A stretch of 64,000 nt of DNA from Spirochaetia bacterium (lineage in GTDB: Bacteria; Spirochaetota; Spirochaetia; UBA9216), in NCBI GenBank assembly GCA_965140585.1, contig OZ223264.1, positions 832,001 to 896,000 on the forward strand, read 5' to 3'. The notes under the pieces were generated by a model. The model was not told the origin of the DNA and did no database searches. It was given only the letters and a program-made list of their open reading frames with translations. Of this stretch, positions 20,756 through 29,943 are shown one piece after another (the stretch's first letter is position 1; each line of letters opens with the position of its first letter). A program made the translations under genes and the position numbers.

Positions 20756-22606
20756 TTATCTGAGTTCTGAACGGATATATTCGGTTTCTTTTACCGAAAT
20801 ACCATAATAATCATATAATATATCTTCTGTATTACTCTGCCCAGGATTAAGAAGCTTCCTGCCCTGCTCAATAGCTTCGGGTTCAGGTAACGGCAACGCT
20901 TCAAGATTTTTACGAAGAACTTTCAGGGCATTAAAACGCTTCTGGTAGATGAAATTATATAGGTCTGTATTAAATATTTCAGTCAGTAATCTGCAGCTGA
21001 TAAATGACTCATCCGGGATGATTATATTTGCGCTGTTCAGTGTCAGGCTGCTGCATGTATCAACTGCGCATATCAGTTTTTTTGAAATGAAACGATACAC
21101 AATTTTTTCGGGTTTCCTGTAAAGTTCTTCTGCAGCGGCCTGCTGAAGCCTGTCTTTTTCGAAAATTATAAATTTGGATGCTGGTTTTATAAATCCGGGA
21201 TAAATATCAGACCCTGTTATTACCGGTTCTGCATTATCGGATTCTCTGCTGCGAAGATACCTGCGGTTATCACCGGTAACAATACCAAGTGCCCATTCTG
21301 CATTCCCTGTAAGTGTCTCCGCGGCTTTTTTCTCAATCTTTTGAATTATGGCGGAATCTTCTGATTTCAGGTAAAAATCAAAGATATAATCTGCATTTCC
21401 AAGATACCTGCTGCTTTGAGCATTTCTTTCCGGGATTGTTTTTTTTCTGAACTCGAGACTAACCACCGATGTAAAAACATTTTTAAATATGCGGCCGTGA
21501 TTTATTATTGAAGTTATTTCAGCATTCTCAAGTATCTCTTTTCTGGCAGTTTTATGCTTTTTTATATTAGTAACAGATTCTGGTAAAAGCATTGAGACCA
21601 TGCCTCCCTCAGAGACAAGACGGCAGCTGAGTTTGAGGAAACTTGAAAAACTGTCTTCACCTTTGCTCTGTTTAAGCTCGGCGCCCCAGGGCGGGTTTGT
21701 TACTATAATATCCGGTTTGCTGCCGATAAGCTCATGCATTTTTTGGGCTGTCATCTCTAGCGCATCAGTGCAAATAATCTTCGGAGAGAAATCAATTTCA
21801 GGAAATCTTGCCATCAGGTTGGCTTTCGCTATCCTGACGGCTATGGGGTCTGAATCAAATCCGATTATATTTTCAGGTGATGCACCTGCCTCTGCAAACG
21901 ACAGCAGAAACTGTCCGGAACCGCAGCATGGATCCAGAAACAGTAGCTTTTCTGCTGTATTTCCTTTGTCTGCTTTTAACCCTGCAACAGCAGATGATGT
22001 CATTTCTTCTGCTGTGATTCCGGGTGTATAGAAAGAGCCTTTAACAGCCATTTCCCCTCGCTGCAGCATTGCCTGATAGATACAGCCTGCCGGATCTTCT
22101 ATCTGTAGCTCCGGGATCATATGAAGGTAAGAAGAGAACGGGATTGTTGTCAGAGCTGTTTCGGCATACCAGGATGAGATGAACGCTTTGACAGCAGGAT
22201 GCCGGAACTCAGTTTCAATGTAGCCCCGGAGATTTCCGTCTGCTGCCATATTAATAAGTCCGGCTTTCTGAAGCTGTTTCAGTACTGCAGTAAAAATCAC
22301 TGTGTTAAGATCTGTATCATCGGGGGGGCACTTCTTTAAAAAAGCTTTCAGAGCAGCCGCGTCAGTTTTCTGCAGAATATGCCCGGAGGGATTGGTTGTC
22401 CCGGAAGCCTGTTTTTTATTTGCCCTGCTGCTGAGTCTGCTGACAGTTCCGTTTTTGATGCTCTTCAGCAGTTCATTCACTTCGGAAGCCGCAAATTTGC
22501 CGTCCATTCTAACCAGAAGACTATGTTTTTCCCAGTTTTTTATACTGGCTTTTGTAATCCCGAGTATCTCAGCTGTTTCTTCTGCGGAAATAAGTTCATC
22601 GTTCAT
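20756..22606 (-). CDS. Gamma-class N6-adenine DNA methyltransferase (TaqI-like) with N-terminal HTH
   Basis: GSFYTP, LDPCCGSGQFL (motif I), NPPW (motif IV), GIVTGDN TaqI-C-like region; N-terminal ETAEILGITKASIKNW HTH. Confidence 0.88.
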   Translation of the reverse strand: MNDELISAEETAEILGITKASIKNWEKHSLLVRMDGKFAASEVNELLKSIKNGTVSRLSSRANKKQASGTTNPSGHILQKTDAAALKAFLKKCPPDDTDLNTVIFTAVLKQLQKAGLINMAADGNLRGYIETEFRHPAVKAFISSWYAETALTTIPFSSYLHMIPELQIEDPAGCIYQAMLQRGEMAVKGSFYTPGITAEEMTSSAVAGLKADKGNTAEKLLFLDPCCGSGQFLLSFAEAGASPENIIGFDSDPIAVRIAKANLMARFPEIDFSPKIICTDALEMTAQKMHELIGSKPDIIVTNPPWGAELKQSKGEDSFSSFLKLSCRLVSEGGMVSMLLPESVTNIKKHKTARKEILENAEITSIINHGRIFKNVFTSVVSLEFRKKTIPERNAQSSRYLGNADYIFDFYLKSEDSAIIQKIEKKAAETLTGNAEWALGIVTGDNRRYLRSRESDNAEPVITGSDIYPGFIKPASKFIIFEKDRLQQAAAEELYRKPEKIVYRFISKKLICAVDTCSSLTLNSANIIIPDESFISCRLLTEIFNTDLYNFIYQKRFNALKVLRKNLEALPLPEPEAIEQGRKLLNPGQSNTEDILYDYYGISVKETEYIRSELR

Positions 22607-22783
22607 AGATTAATATTCAGGAATAATATCATTTTTACCTGAGGGTGTAAAATCAGGTTCAAAATTAAATTTCATGGATAACAATTAAGAAAGATCAGGG
22701 TCTTTAGATCCATGGAGGCATCTATTTGCTTTTAGAGCTTGATCTGTTAAATGATAAACAATATTATGAATTGATATTAATAT

Positions 22784-23455
22784 ATGGCTGAATACGAATC
22801 CGGTAAAATTACCAAGTTAAAAATCCTAAATGCATATAAGCAATTGTTTTACCTTCAGGGATATAAAAAAACCACATACAAGGATGTTTTTAATCTTACC
22901 GGATTGAATCAAGGGCTTATCACATACCATTACAAGTCAAAACGAGCAATAGCCGGTCAAATTCATACTGAATTCAGAATAAACATCAAGAACACTGTAA
23001 AACAATATTTTCAATCTAAAAGTATAAAGTACGATCTTCGTGTAGCATCGGCTTTGGAACAGATTATTTATAGTCAAATAAAATTTAGTGATGAAAATTT
23101 GAAACGTTTTGTATATGAAATTTCCATGGAAGGTATTTTTATGGAATATGAAATTTCCGAATTAAAATTTTTTTGGGACTTACATGTAAAAGAGTATAAT
23201 CTGGATTTAAGTGATTCTGAAATAAGAATGATTCAGGTAGAGAATTCTTCCGTAACATGGGGAATAACAACCAAGATGATTGAAGGGTATCTTGATATTT
23301 CAAAAGATGAGTATGCTGATCTTAGAACAAGACTTATGTACAGATCCATGGGGCTTTCTGATCAGGAAATTGATAAAATACTGGAAGAAAGCTATTTGCA
23401 TTACGGTCAGATAGATATTTCTTTGGTCGAATTTTTTAGAATTAGTATAAATTGA
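22784..23455 (+). CDS. TetR/AcrR family regulator
   Basis: TKLKILNAYKQLFYLQGYKKTT..GLITYHYKSK HTH. Confidence 0.85.
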   Translation: MAEYESGKITKLKILNAYKQLFYLQGYKKTTYKDVFNLTGLNQGLITYHYKSKRAIAGQIHTEFRINIKNTVKQYFQSKSIKYDLRVASALEQIIYSQIKFSDENLKRFVYEISMEGIFMEYEISELKFFWDLHVKEYNLDLSDSEIRMIQVENSSVTWGITTKMIEGYLDISKDEYADLRTRLMYRSMGLSDQEIDKILEESYLHYGQIDISLVEFFRISIN

Positions 23456-23485
23456 AGTAAATTTTTTTCTCCATAGATTATGTAT

Positions 23486-23546
23486 ACATAAATTTAGGTA
23501 AACATAAATTTATGTGTTGACAAAATAGAATTCCCAATGAGATAAT
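23486..23546 (+). promoter_or_regulatory. Tandem palindromic operators abutting a -35 box
   Basis: ACATAAATTTAGGT (23486) and perfect palindrome ACATAAATTTATGT (23502); TTGACA at 23517; GATAAT at 23541. Confidence 0.65.
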
Positions 23547-23597
23547 TTTCTAAATATAAAACAAAGAATCCCAATTAGGGAAAAGGATGAGAGAGGA

Positions 23598-25145
23598 ATG
23601 TATATAAAAAAAACCAATGGAATTAAGCTGAATGTCAAACCTGTATTTATTGCTTTTTATCATGAATATGTATTTGAAGGGCCTTGTCGTTTCGGAATGG
23701 AAGAAGAACTTACAAAAGAATATGATATGAAGGGCAGCGCTGCGGCATACAAGAAGTTTCAGGAAGAACTTGAACAGTATATGCCTGAAGGAGTAAATGT
23801 TCTTGCTCCCGTATATGTGGAGAGAAACGAGGAACTCCGGATACAGGAAGATCTTCTTGAGAAAATCGGCGAAGGTAGTGATGAAGCGGATGTTTATCTG
23901 TTCGGTGAAAAGGGCCGCGGATACGATATCATCGTAGAATTTGCACAGCGCTACGGAAAGCCCATCATGTTCACAGAAAACCCGTTATATAATTCAATAA
24001 CTGGTGCAGCTCTGCTTGCAAGGGGCCTTGAGGCATATCCAACAATGACCTGGGAAGATACTGTTGAAACTCTGAAGGTTTTACGGGTAAGAAAAGTTCT
24101 AAAAGAGACGAGGGTTTTGCTTGCTCCAAGAGAGAATTCAAACATTTCTTTCAGCACGACCGATTCTTTTTTATCACTTGAAGATGTTACTGCAAAGCTG
24201 GGCATCAGGTTTAGGTATATTAATGCACATGAACTGCTGGATCAGTTGCATGATAGCGACCCGGAAAACAATTATACTCTGCCCAGAAAGAAAGGCTTGA
24301 ATCCTACATCGGAAGATCTGAAGGAGATCGGCAAGATCACTGATGATTTTATTGCGGGCGCTGTGGAGTGCGATATGAAACGGGATGATGTATTTAAATC
24401 TGTTAATGCATTTCATACCGTAAAAAGACTTATGGCCGATAATCAATGCAGCGCCTTCTCTATGCCCTGTCCGGATGTTTGTGCAACCAGGCGTTTGAAT
24501 CAGGAAGAGATCACTTTCTGCCTGACTCATTCGTTGCTAAATGAAGAAGGGATTCCATCATCATGTGAATATGATATCCCGGCGCTTCTTTCTCTGATAG
24601 TGCTTATGAATTTCTCCGATTCGGCGCCGTATATGGGAAATACAGTTCCCATGATGATAAAAGATGGTAAGCGCCAATTGGGAACTTCACACCTATTCAG
24701 ATCCAGGGAATCGCTTGAAGTTGATATTCCAAATCTTGGAGATACTGCTAATGTTATTCTTACCTTTCATGCTGTTCCTAACCGTAAAATGAAGGGATTT
24801 GATAAAGTCCCCGGTCCTTATGCAATCAGGCCTTTTGCCAGGGCAGGTAAATGGGGTGCAACAATACGCTATGACTTTAATAAAGACAAAGGCCAGGTGA
24901 TAACCATGTGCCGTTTCGACCCGTCATGCAGAAAATTGTTTCTTGCAAAAGGCACCATAGTCGGCGGAATAGGCTATCATGATGAAAACTGCAGTGAAGG
25001 GGTATTTTTTACGGTAAAAGACGATAAAGATTTCTACAATAAGCAGGTTGCATTTGGTAATCATGTTCCGCTTGTTTATGGAGACTACTTTTCTCAGGTA
25101 AAAAGGTTAGGTGAAATTCTTGGGCTTGAAGTCGTGACTTCCTAA
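23598..25145 (+). CDS. L-fucose/L-arabinose isomerase-like protein
   Basis: CLTHSLLNEEGIPSSCEYD, YMGN, TMCRF, GNHVPLVYGDY C-terminal motifs. Confidence 0.78.
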   Translation: MYIKKTNGIKLNVKPVFIAFYHEYVFEGPCRFGMEEELTKEYDMKGSAAAYKKFQEELEQYMPEGVNVLAPVYVERNEELRIQEDLLEKIGEGSDEADVYLFGEKGRGYDIIVEFAQRYGKPIMFTENPLYNSITGAALLARGLEAYPTMTWEDTVETLKVLRVRKVLKETRVLLAPRENSNISFSTTDSFLSLEDVTAKLGIRFRYINAHELLDQLHDSDPENNYTLPRKKGLNPTSEDLKEIGKITDDFIAGAVECDMKRDDVFKSVNAFHTVKRLMADNQCSAFSMPCPDVCATRRLNQEEITFCLTHSLLNEEGIPSSCEYDIPALLSLIVLMNFSDSAPYMGNTVPMMIKDGKRQLGTSHLFRSRESLEVDIPNLGDTANVILTFHAVPNRKMKGFDKVPGPYAIRPFARAGKWGATIRYDFNKDKGQVITMCRFDPSCRKLFLAKGTIVGGIGYHDENCSEGVFFTVKDDKDFYNKQVAFGNHVPLVYGDYFSQVKRLGEILGLEVVTS

Positions 25146-25160
25146 ATCCTGTTATTGATA

Positions 25161-25310
25161 AGGGGCTGACTTAATAATCGCAGGATCATGGAACCTCTGT
25201 GATATTTTTCTCCCAAAGAATTTGAAATGATGTATTATGAACAGGAAGAAAGTCTGGCTGTAAGTGCCGGACTCAAATAAAACCGTCTCCGGGATTCTCG
25301 GGGCGGTTCA
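25161..25310 (+). mobile_element. IS3-family (IS51/IS629-like) 3' remnant with right IR
   Basis: Translates NNRRIMEPL*YFSPKEFEMMYYEQEESLAVSAGLK* (OrfB C-terminus); ends GTCTCCGGGATTCTCGGGGCGGTTCA. Confidence 0.8.
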
Positions 25311-25427
25311 ATTGCGTTTCTTTTGAATTTCGCGTCATACCGACGTCTCTTTTTCTCACTAATAGTTAATATCTCATTCTATTTGAATTTGGTCTTAACT
25401 ACACTCCGGAGAATCGAGGCAGGAGCA
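25311..25427 (-). mobile_element. Second IS3-family remnant: left IR plus orfA start
   Basis: Minus strand TGCTCCTGCCTC..CGGAGTGTAGTTAAG followed by SEKKRRRYDAKFKRNAI (OrfA N-terminus), cut off by the previous IS. Confidence 0.7.
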
Positions 25428-25548
25428 ACCTCAACTTATAATACCAATTTAAATGTTTAGAATTGTGAAAAATCATATACTGTATAACTTCACATGGACT
25501 TTCCTCATTATGATATTATATGTAAGTTATTCATAGTCATAAAATTTA

Positions 25549-26737
25549 GGACGCCTCTAAAAACTAAAGGAATTTCAAAAGATTCAAAATCTGATATTCT
25601 ATTACTTTGGGAGGAATAAATGTCAAAGCAGAAAGGTTTTTTCATAGAAGATTTAAGACTATCAGAATTATCACAGCACGGAGATCCCTTGCAGAGATTG
25701 AGTGCAATGATTCCATGGGAAAACTTTCGGCATAAATTAAATCGTATCTTTGTAAAAGAAGCAAAAGGCCCTGGAGGAATACCTCCATACGATTATGTGA
25801 TGATGTTTAAAATCCTCGTATTGCAGAGAATTTATAATCTATCCGATTCGCAAATGCAGTACCAGATCATGGATCGATTATCATTTATGAGATTTCTCGG
25901 TTTGAATCTTGATGACAAAGTACCCGATGAAAAAACAATCTGGCACTTTAGAGAAGAACTTGTTGAATCAAGGAAACTTGAAATACTATTTGAACAGTTC
26001 AGGAATTATCTGATAAAAGAAGGAATACTGCTTGAGTCGGGGACAATTGTCGATGCTTCTTTTGTTGAAGTACCAAAACAAAGAAATAATAAAGATGAAA
26101 ATAAAGAGATAAAAGAGGGCGAAACTCCTAAAGAGTGGTCAGACAATAAATTAAGACAAAAAGATGTGGATGCAAGATGGGTAACAAAAGGCGGGCAACG
26201 CCATTATGGCTACAAAAATCACATAAAAATTTATCGTAAATCCAAGCTTATTAAAAATTATGTAGTAACCAGTGCTGCAGTTCATGACTCGCAAGTAATA
26301 GAAGGAATTTTAGAAGAAGCTGATTCGCATCATGAATTATATGCTGATAGTGCTTATTGCGGAGCTCCAATAAAAGAAATATTGTCGGAATTGAAAATTA
26401 GAAACCGGATACATGAAAAAGGTTATCGAAATAGCCCGTTGACTGAGAAACAAAAAGAGCGGAATCGAAAAAAGTCGAAGACGCGGGCGAGAGTAGAACA
26501 TGTATATGGATTTATGGTTAATTCGATGCAAGGTGATTTTATCAGGTACATAGGTCAGAAAAGAGCTGAAGCAGTGATAGGATTAAGTAACCTTGTTTAT
26601 AATATGATGAGGTATATCTATATATGTCCTGCTTGACGGTGGGATGATTGAATGAAGGCTGTATCGGCTGGCTGGTACAATGATAAAAAGGCTGCAGATG
26701 TTTTATGCAGCATAGCTGAAGGTTTTTAGAGGCGTCC
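25549..26737 (+). mobile_element. IS5-family element, copy 1 (1189 bp)
   Basis: Perfect 16-bp IRs GGACGCCTCTAAAAAC / GTTTTTAGAGGCGTCC; TTA on both flanks (target duplication). Confidence 0.93.
25620..26636 (+). CDS. IS5-family DDE transposase
   Basis: DRLSFMRFLGL, VPDEKTIW, IVDAS, ADSAY, RARVEHVYG. Confidence 0.95.
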   Translation: MSKQKGFFIEDLRLSELSQHGDPLQRLSAMIPWENFRHKLNRIFVKEAKGPGGIPPYDYVMMFKILVLQRIYNLSDSQMQYQIMDRLSFMRFLGLNLDDKVPDEKTIWHFREELVESRKLEILFEQFRNYLIKEGILLESGTIVDASFVEVPKQRNNKDENKEIKEGETPKEWSDNKLRQKDVDARWVTKGGQRHYGYKNHIKIYRKSKLIKNYVVTSAAVHDSQVIEGILEEADSHHELYADSAYCGAPIKEILSELKIRNRIHEKGYRNSPLTEKQKERNRKKSKTRARVEHVYGFMVNSMQGDFIRYIGQKRAEAVIGLSNLVYNMMRYIYICPA

Positions 26738-26742
26738 TTAAG

Positions 26743-27382
26743 TTATAGGCAATAAGCGCTTTAGCTTTTGATAAAAAGAGCCACCTCAGCGGCTTAGATT
26801 GGAGGAAAAATGAAACATTCAGGTTCGTGTCTTTGTGGAAATATTAAATATGAAATAAGAGGAAATTTTGAAAACTTTTTTTTCTGTCACTGTAAATCTT
26901 GTCGTAAAGATACTGGGTCAGTTCATGCTTCAAATCTTTTTTCAACAACTGCAACTTTGAAATGGTTGAAAGGAGAGGAAAAAGTTAAAACGTATAACCA
27001 TAATAATTCAGGACACATAAAGAGCTTTTGTCCTAACTGTGGTTCTGCACTACCTAATATTCAAATGGATGATAAACTACTTGTTGTTCCCGCAGGAAGC
27101 CTAGATTCAGATATAGAGATGGTTCCAACCGGTCACATCTATTTAAATGAAAAAGCTAATTGGGATCACAATCTCGAGATGATTCCCCATTATGAGGATT
27201 TCCCAAAAGAATAAAATGCGTAGAAAACCTGAATTTATCAGAAGTCGAGCATTGTTAACCGGCATGGCTCATTACATTACAACATACCAGCGCTTATTGC
27301 CAATAACAGTGTTTATATGCGGCGCCTACGGCTTGGGCTTCGTCACATTTGCCTACGGCAAACGTCACATAATTCCGGGACG
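26743..27382 (+). mobile_element. Integron-type gene cassette carrying a GFA-family gene
   Basis: G|TTATAGGCAATAAGCGCT at 26742-26760 is the reverse complement (18/19) of AGCGCTTATTGCCAATAAC at 27289-27307, which leads into an attC-like site ending G|TTAGAT. Confidence 0.8.
26810..27214 (+). CDS. GFA (Mss4-like, glutathione-dependent formaldehyde-activating) family protein
   Basis: GSCLCG, CHCKSCRK, FCPNCGS zinc motifs; GGAGG RBS. Confidence 0.92.
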   Translation: MKHSGSCLCGNIKYEIRGNFENFFFCHCKSCRKDTGSVHASNLFSTTATLKWLKGEEKVKTYNHNNSGHIKSFCPNCGSALPNIQMDDKLLVVPAGSLDSDIEMVPTGHIYLNEKANWDHNLEMIPHYEDFPKE

Positions 27383-27388
27383 TTAGAT
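27301..27388 (+). repeat. attC-like recombination site (about 88 bp)
   Basis: Starts CAATAAC, ends GTTAGAT (GTTRRRY); imperfect inner arms TTATATGCGGCG / CGTCACATAA; internal hairpin TTTGCC-TAC-GGCAAA. Confidence 0.75.
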
Positions 27389-27401
27389 GTAATGTCCCGA
27401 T

Positions 27402-28486
27402 TGTCAAACCAGGACATGGGTAACGATTTAACTTCAAGACATAGGTAACACTTAGCAGGGAATAATTCGTAAAATTCTTCTAAGGAGGATTTTAGAAATG
27501 CCCTGGAAGGAGACTTATGTTATGGAACAGAGAAAAATGTTTGTACTTGAAGCAATGGATCCTCTTTGCAATTTTACTAGGCTTTGCAGCAAATACGGGA
27601 TTTCAACTAAAACCGGATATAAATGGAAAAGCCGATTTATCCAGGAAGGGTTTGTTGGTTTATACGATCAATCAAGAAGACCAGATAATTCCCTTACACA
27701 AATATCTGAAGATGTAATGCTTGAGATAATTAGATTAAAGATCAAAAGGAAACATTGGGGACCAAAGAAGATAAGAGAAGTTTTTAAAAAGAATAACCCA
27801 CAAGAAACTATTCCATGTACAACCAGTGTTGAAAGGATTTTAAGAAAAGCTGGTTTAGTTGAGAAAAGAAAACGGAGAAGAACTGGAAAAGGTGTTCGAA
27901 TACAGGATTCAGCATTAGCAAAGAAGCCCAATGATGTGTGGACGGTTGATTTCAAGGGGTGGTGGTATACCCATGATAAAGAGAAAGTAAATCCATTAAC
28001 CGTAAGAGATGATTATTCAAAATACATTTTATGCATAAGAGCTTTAAGAAAAGGCGATACTCCATCAGTAAAAGCGGAATTTGAAATATGGAGAAAATAG
28101 TACAACAATGAAAGACCGCATGAATCACTGGGGATGAAAACTCCATCAATGGTGTATACAGAATCGGATGAAAAGTATGTTGAAGTGATTGAAGAATTAG
28201 AATACCCAGGCAATTTTCGGATAAGAATGGTAAATGATAGGGGCTTTATAAGCATAAAAAAAAGAATGTTCTTCATAGGAAATCCATTTTCAGGTTATTA
28301 TATAGGAATAAGACCACAGCCAGATGGTCAACAAAATGTTTGGTTTGGGAATTATTATTTAGGATATCTTGATATAGATACAAGTCTACTGAAGCCTGAA
28401 CATGTGGTGAGATTTGAAGAAGGTAATCTTAAAAAACCGTTACCTATGTCTTGAAGGTGTTTTGTTACCCATGTCCTGAAGTTGGA
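27402..28486 (+). mobile_element. IS481-family element, internally deleted
   Basis: Starts TGT; IRs CAGGACATGGGTAAC / GTTACCCATGTCCTG plus inner repeats AAGACATAGGTAAC / GTTACCTATGTCTT; 6-bp direct repeat CCCGAT at 27396 and 28487. Confidence 0.88.
27498..28454 (+). pseudogene. IS481 transposase with in-frame stop and loss of part of the integrase core
   Basis: MPWKET..KTGYKW HTH and PNDVWTVDFKG; then AEFEIWRK*YNNERPHESLG, skipping the central DDE segment. Confidence 0.85.
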
Positions 28487-28698
28487 CCCGATTTTATAAC
28501 TAATAGAAAACCTCGCCATCCAGGGTTCGTAGGAAAGAGAGTAAATGAGTAAAAAGAAACAGTCGATTTTGAGAGGGGCCGTGGGATAGTATGAGTTTGT
28601 GATATTGAAAATTCTTCTAAATATTTGAATGATGCAAAGTATGTAGATTACTTAGAGAATTTCTTGATCAGGTTTCATTGGTTTTCTAGAAGAATTGT

Positions 28699-28760
28699 TG
28701 ATCCGGCCTTCAAAAAACGGACACGTAGTTAAGCAACTTAAAAGTCAGTTCCTTGATAGC
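28699..28760 (-). mobile_element. Isolated IS3-family right end
   Basis: Minus strand ..GCTTAACTACGTGTCCGTTTTTTGAAGGCCGGATCA; aligns with the left IR ending at 25427. Confidence 0.6.
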
Positions 28761-28777
28761 AAGCTTTTACTGATAAT

Positions 28778-29220
28778 CTAACCCCATACTTCTTCGGCAA
28801 TTTCCTTCTTCGGTTGAGGCACATGTCGAATGATAATTTCCCCGTTAAACATGGGGTGATATTCTTAGATCAGACGGTAAATCACCGATTGCCTTATTAT
28901 TTAATTCAAGATATATATCCTGAAGCTTGTCCGGGTCAACCCCGTCTCCTGTCATCAATTTCCAGAAATCACGGTCGCAGAGCATTCTTCAGGTGCAGTC
29001 ATCAAGTTTTAAATCTCTGCATCCAAGCTTGTAAAAGGCCAGAATTGTTTTACGGTAAGCTTCGCTTATATCGTTGATTAAATCGTTGCAATCGGGATAG
29101 ATTTCATCCGTTTTTCCTCGTTTGCCTCCTTGAGTAGTTCGGCGTAGAGTTGCGCGGGTGATAGAATATTCGGACGGGCTACAGCCTTATCACCGGCAGC
29201 CTCCTTTAAAAATTTGTAAT
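28778..29220 (-). pseudogene. Cobalamin-independent methionine synthase II (YxjH-like) fragment
   Basis: Hand translation across frameshifts: FLKEAAG..SPAQLYAEL..DISEAYRKTILAFYKLGCRDLKLDDCT*..NYHST..EIAEEVWG*; stops and deletions. Confidence 0.75.
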
Positions 29221-29237
29221 TAGCCAAAAAAGGATGA

Positions 29238-29774
29238 GTGTCCGAAAAATGGATTTTTCCGTTTACCCTTGCCGAAGCAGTCCAGGCTCTTTATGTTACA
29301 CAGCCGGCCCTTACCCATGCTATACGGAAACTTGAAGACCAGCTTGAGACAAGGATATGGGCTAAAGACGGCAGGAAAATAAGGCTGACGCAAAGTGGAG
29401 TGTTGCTTGAGCTGGCCGGACGAGTTCTGCCGCAGATGAAATACACTGAATTTCTTATAAAACAGATATTAGCCGGTAAAAGGGGACTCCTGCGAATCGG
29501 GATGGAATGTCATCCCTATTATAAATGGCTTCAGTATGTGCTTACCCCGTTTTTAAAGAACTGGCCCTATGTTGAGGTGGAGCTAAAACAACAGTTCCAG
29601 TTTAGCGGAGTTAAGGCTTTGATGCGTTATGAAGTCGATATATTGATCACACCGGATCCGTATAAAAGCAGCTCCCTCGAGTATGTTCCGGTTTTTGATT
29701 ACAAACAGGTACTAGCGGTATCAAAAGAGCACAAGCTCGCCGGCCTGAGGGGGGCTGTCGGATTGGCTGATTAA
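29238..29774 (+). pseudogene. metR: MetR-like LysR regulator, truncated at both ends
   Basis: ALYVTQPALTHAIRKLE HTH lacking its first helix; LRIGMECHP..WL MetR-like signature; only 178 aa. Confidence 0.7.
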
Positions 29775-29853
29775 AGAATACAGAAAGACTCTTCCGTTGA
29801 CGTCAATAAAACTGAACAAGACTGGTATCTGCAAAAGTATACATATCGGTGCA

Positions 29854-29882
29854 AGGTAATCGAGGTAGCACCCCGATTACCT
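29854..29882. terminator. Hairpin downstream of ferritin
   Basis: AGGTAATCG.GG / CC.CGATTACCT inverted repeat. Confidence 0.45.
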
Positions 29883-29943
29883 GCAAAGTTTTATAAAAAC
29901 TACCGGTGAAAGCAGCCTGTCTCTTTTGCGATAGAATGTAAAT

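Noticed and set aside
25281-25310. Hairpin as terminator of the isomerase gene
   Set aside because: It is better explained as an IS3 terminal inverted repeat following an OrfB remnant
27192-27386. 64-aa ORF after the GFA gene
   Set aside because: It reads through the attC site and has no recognisable protein features
27402-27450. CRISPR-like short repeats (ACATGGGTAAC / ACATAGGTAAC)
   Set aside because: Subterminal repeats of IS481; no spacer array or cas genes
28814-29077. 87-aa plus-strand ORF
   Set aside because: Shadow of the minus-strand methionine synthase pseudogene
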